Assembly: GCA_030704615.1 (NCBI GenBank)
Contig: CM060732.1
Location: forward strand, 57,102,001-57,166,000
Reading direction: 5' to 3'
Length of the DNA: 64,000 nucleotides
Source: Takakia lepidozioides
Taxonomy: Eukaryota; Plantae; Bryophyta
Shown here one piece after another: positions 62,661-64,000 of the stretch (its first letter is position 1; each line of letters opens with the position of its first letter). The notes beneath the pieces were generated by a model, which was given only the letters and a program-made list of their open reading frames with translations, was not told where the DNA came from and did not search any database. Position numbers and translations under genes: made by a program.

Positions 62661-63899
62661 ATTGGGCGGTAGAGATACGAAGTTCTTGCATCTACAGCTG
62701 AAGACTCTGCAATGTGACGACCATTTCCGCAAATGTGCCTTCCATGTTAACTAACTAATGAACAAACTTTAGTCTCGCCAAACTATCAAGGACGAGAACA
62801 TAACAGATCACAAACAAGATATCAAACTAGAGGTACAAGACTAGACAAAAAGTCAAGGTCGGCGTGGCCGAATGCATGGTGGGTAAACATGACAAGATGA
62901 TCTTTATAACAATGGACAAGAGTACAAGATACTGGAACTCGACTCGAATATTGGAATGTTGGAAACTTGACTAGAGTATCAGATACTGTTCGACACTTGA
63001 CATGGAGGTTATTTTTGATAGACCAAACCACATATGTGGTAATTGCACATATGTTAGATGTTTTGCAAATAGATGGTAGCATTCCAAAGATGCCAAAAAA
63101 TGGCCGTAGCTACAATTTCTCAATGTTTGGAACAAAGGCCTTATGGCGTTATGAAAACTATTGTAGCCATGAAACGCCTAGAGAAAGAACTTGATGATAT
63201 ACTCATCAGACCACAATCGATTTTCCTACCCATTAGTAACTGAATGACTCCACATAACTACACTTGGTTTCATAAGTGTTAATTTCACAAATCTTATATT
63301 TGTTAAATGTTATCTTCTGTAAATGTTAATGTGTTTCAATTAGCCCCTTCATAACTGTTAATGTGTTAACCTTGTCTAAATGTTAATTTTTTCCTACTCC
63401 CCACTGTTAACATTTATCCAGGGCAGACTGGAGTCTGTTCCTTGTTTGTCCTGGTTCATAATTATCCAGCTCCCATGTGTTGTTGGACTGATCTTGTATT
63501 TTGGTTGGCTGAATCTTAGATGTCTCTTCGACTTATGCAATATTTCCTTCATGTGGGTTGTCCTAGTCATTTTCCAGCACACTCTCCATTCTTCCTTCCA
63601 CATTTCTTCTCTTTGCAAGTTGTCCAATCTTGACAAAAGCCTAGTTCTCCTTGCCTTGCTGGTTTTGCCTTGCTTTCTTTTTGCTCTTTGCCAATAAACT
63701 ACAAATCATCATCCATAGTACTCACTTGCTTAAGGGCTTCCTCCCCTTTTCATTTATTTTTATTTTTTTGTTTTTATTTTTTGTGTAAAATATATCAGTC
63801 AAAGCTTTCGCCAGCGTGGAGTACAATACTCACAAAATCGCTAGAGGCAACCTGAGAGCGACAGACTGGCACAATTCAGGCCCTTGAGGATGTGGAAAA

Positions 63900-64000
63900 A
63901 TAACCCCCTTTCATTTATGGGCCATGGAGACACACAGGACGAACAACGCCCAGACAGAAAGCCTCCACACACAGGGCAGGGCAGCAGGTTTGAACCCCGA
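63900..64000 (-). mobile_element. tRNA-derived SINE-like fragment (runs off window)
   Basis: Minus-strand B-box-like GGTTCAAACC near 63986-63996; loosely similar to 47930-48030. Confidence 0.35.

Noticed and set aside
62428-62754. 108-aa ORF with a 33-aa repeat
   Set aside because: Explained by a 99-bp DNA tandem duplication; no other coding evidence.

Overview
Eukaryotic, land-plant DNA, most likely a bryophyte such as a moss (inferred from GT-AG introns, a two-domain PR-10 gene, a GT92/GALS gene, PLS-PPR remnants and plant LTR elements). The first ~31 kb is a transposon cluster; the rest holds a few host genes plus TE debris. The main candidate for an undescribed system is a 13.1-kb Mutator-like (MULE) element at 4672-17812, bounded by a 9-bp target-site duplication (TATGTCATA) and degenerate TIRs. 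It carries a minus-strand DDE/SWIM transposase and a divergent, intron-rich plus-strand gene encoding a ParB/Srx-like domain (DGNHR) fused to a beta-class N4/N6 amino-DNA-methyltransferase-like domain. The predicted first intron of that gene is a ~3.2-kb array of ~31 units, each with an 18-bp-arm palindrome closed by a GCAA loop. Directly upstream is a Gypsy retrotransposon carrying a DNMT3-like C5 methyltransferase before RT and a PHD finger after integrase. Also present are a complete young chromovirus (20972-27923), a piggyBac-like TTAA MITE inserted in a Copia remnant, and two neighbouring ORFs sharing an unrecognised W-G-R-x-x-x-Y-[IV]-T-D-x-x-I-S-P-N-L-T-P-P repeat. TE ORFs are broken mostly by single-base indels while host genes are intact, so some lesions may be sequencing or assembly errors. 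All domain calls come from motif recognition by eye, not database searches.
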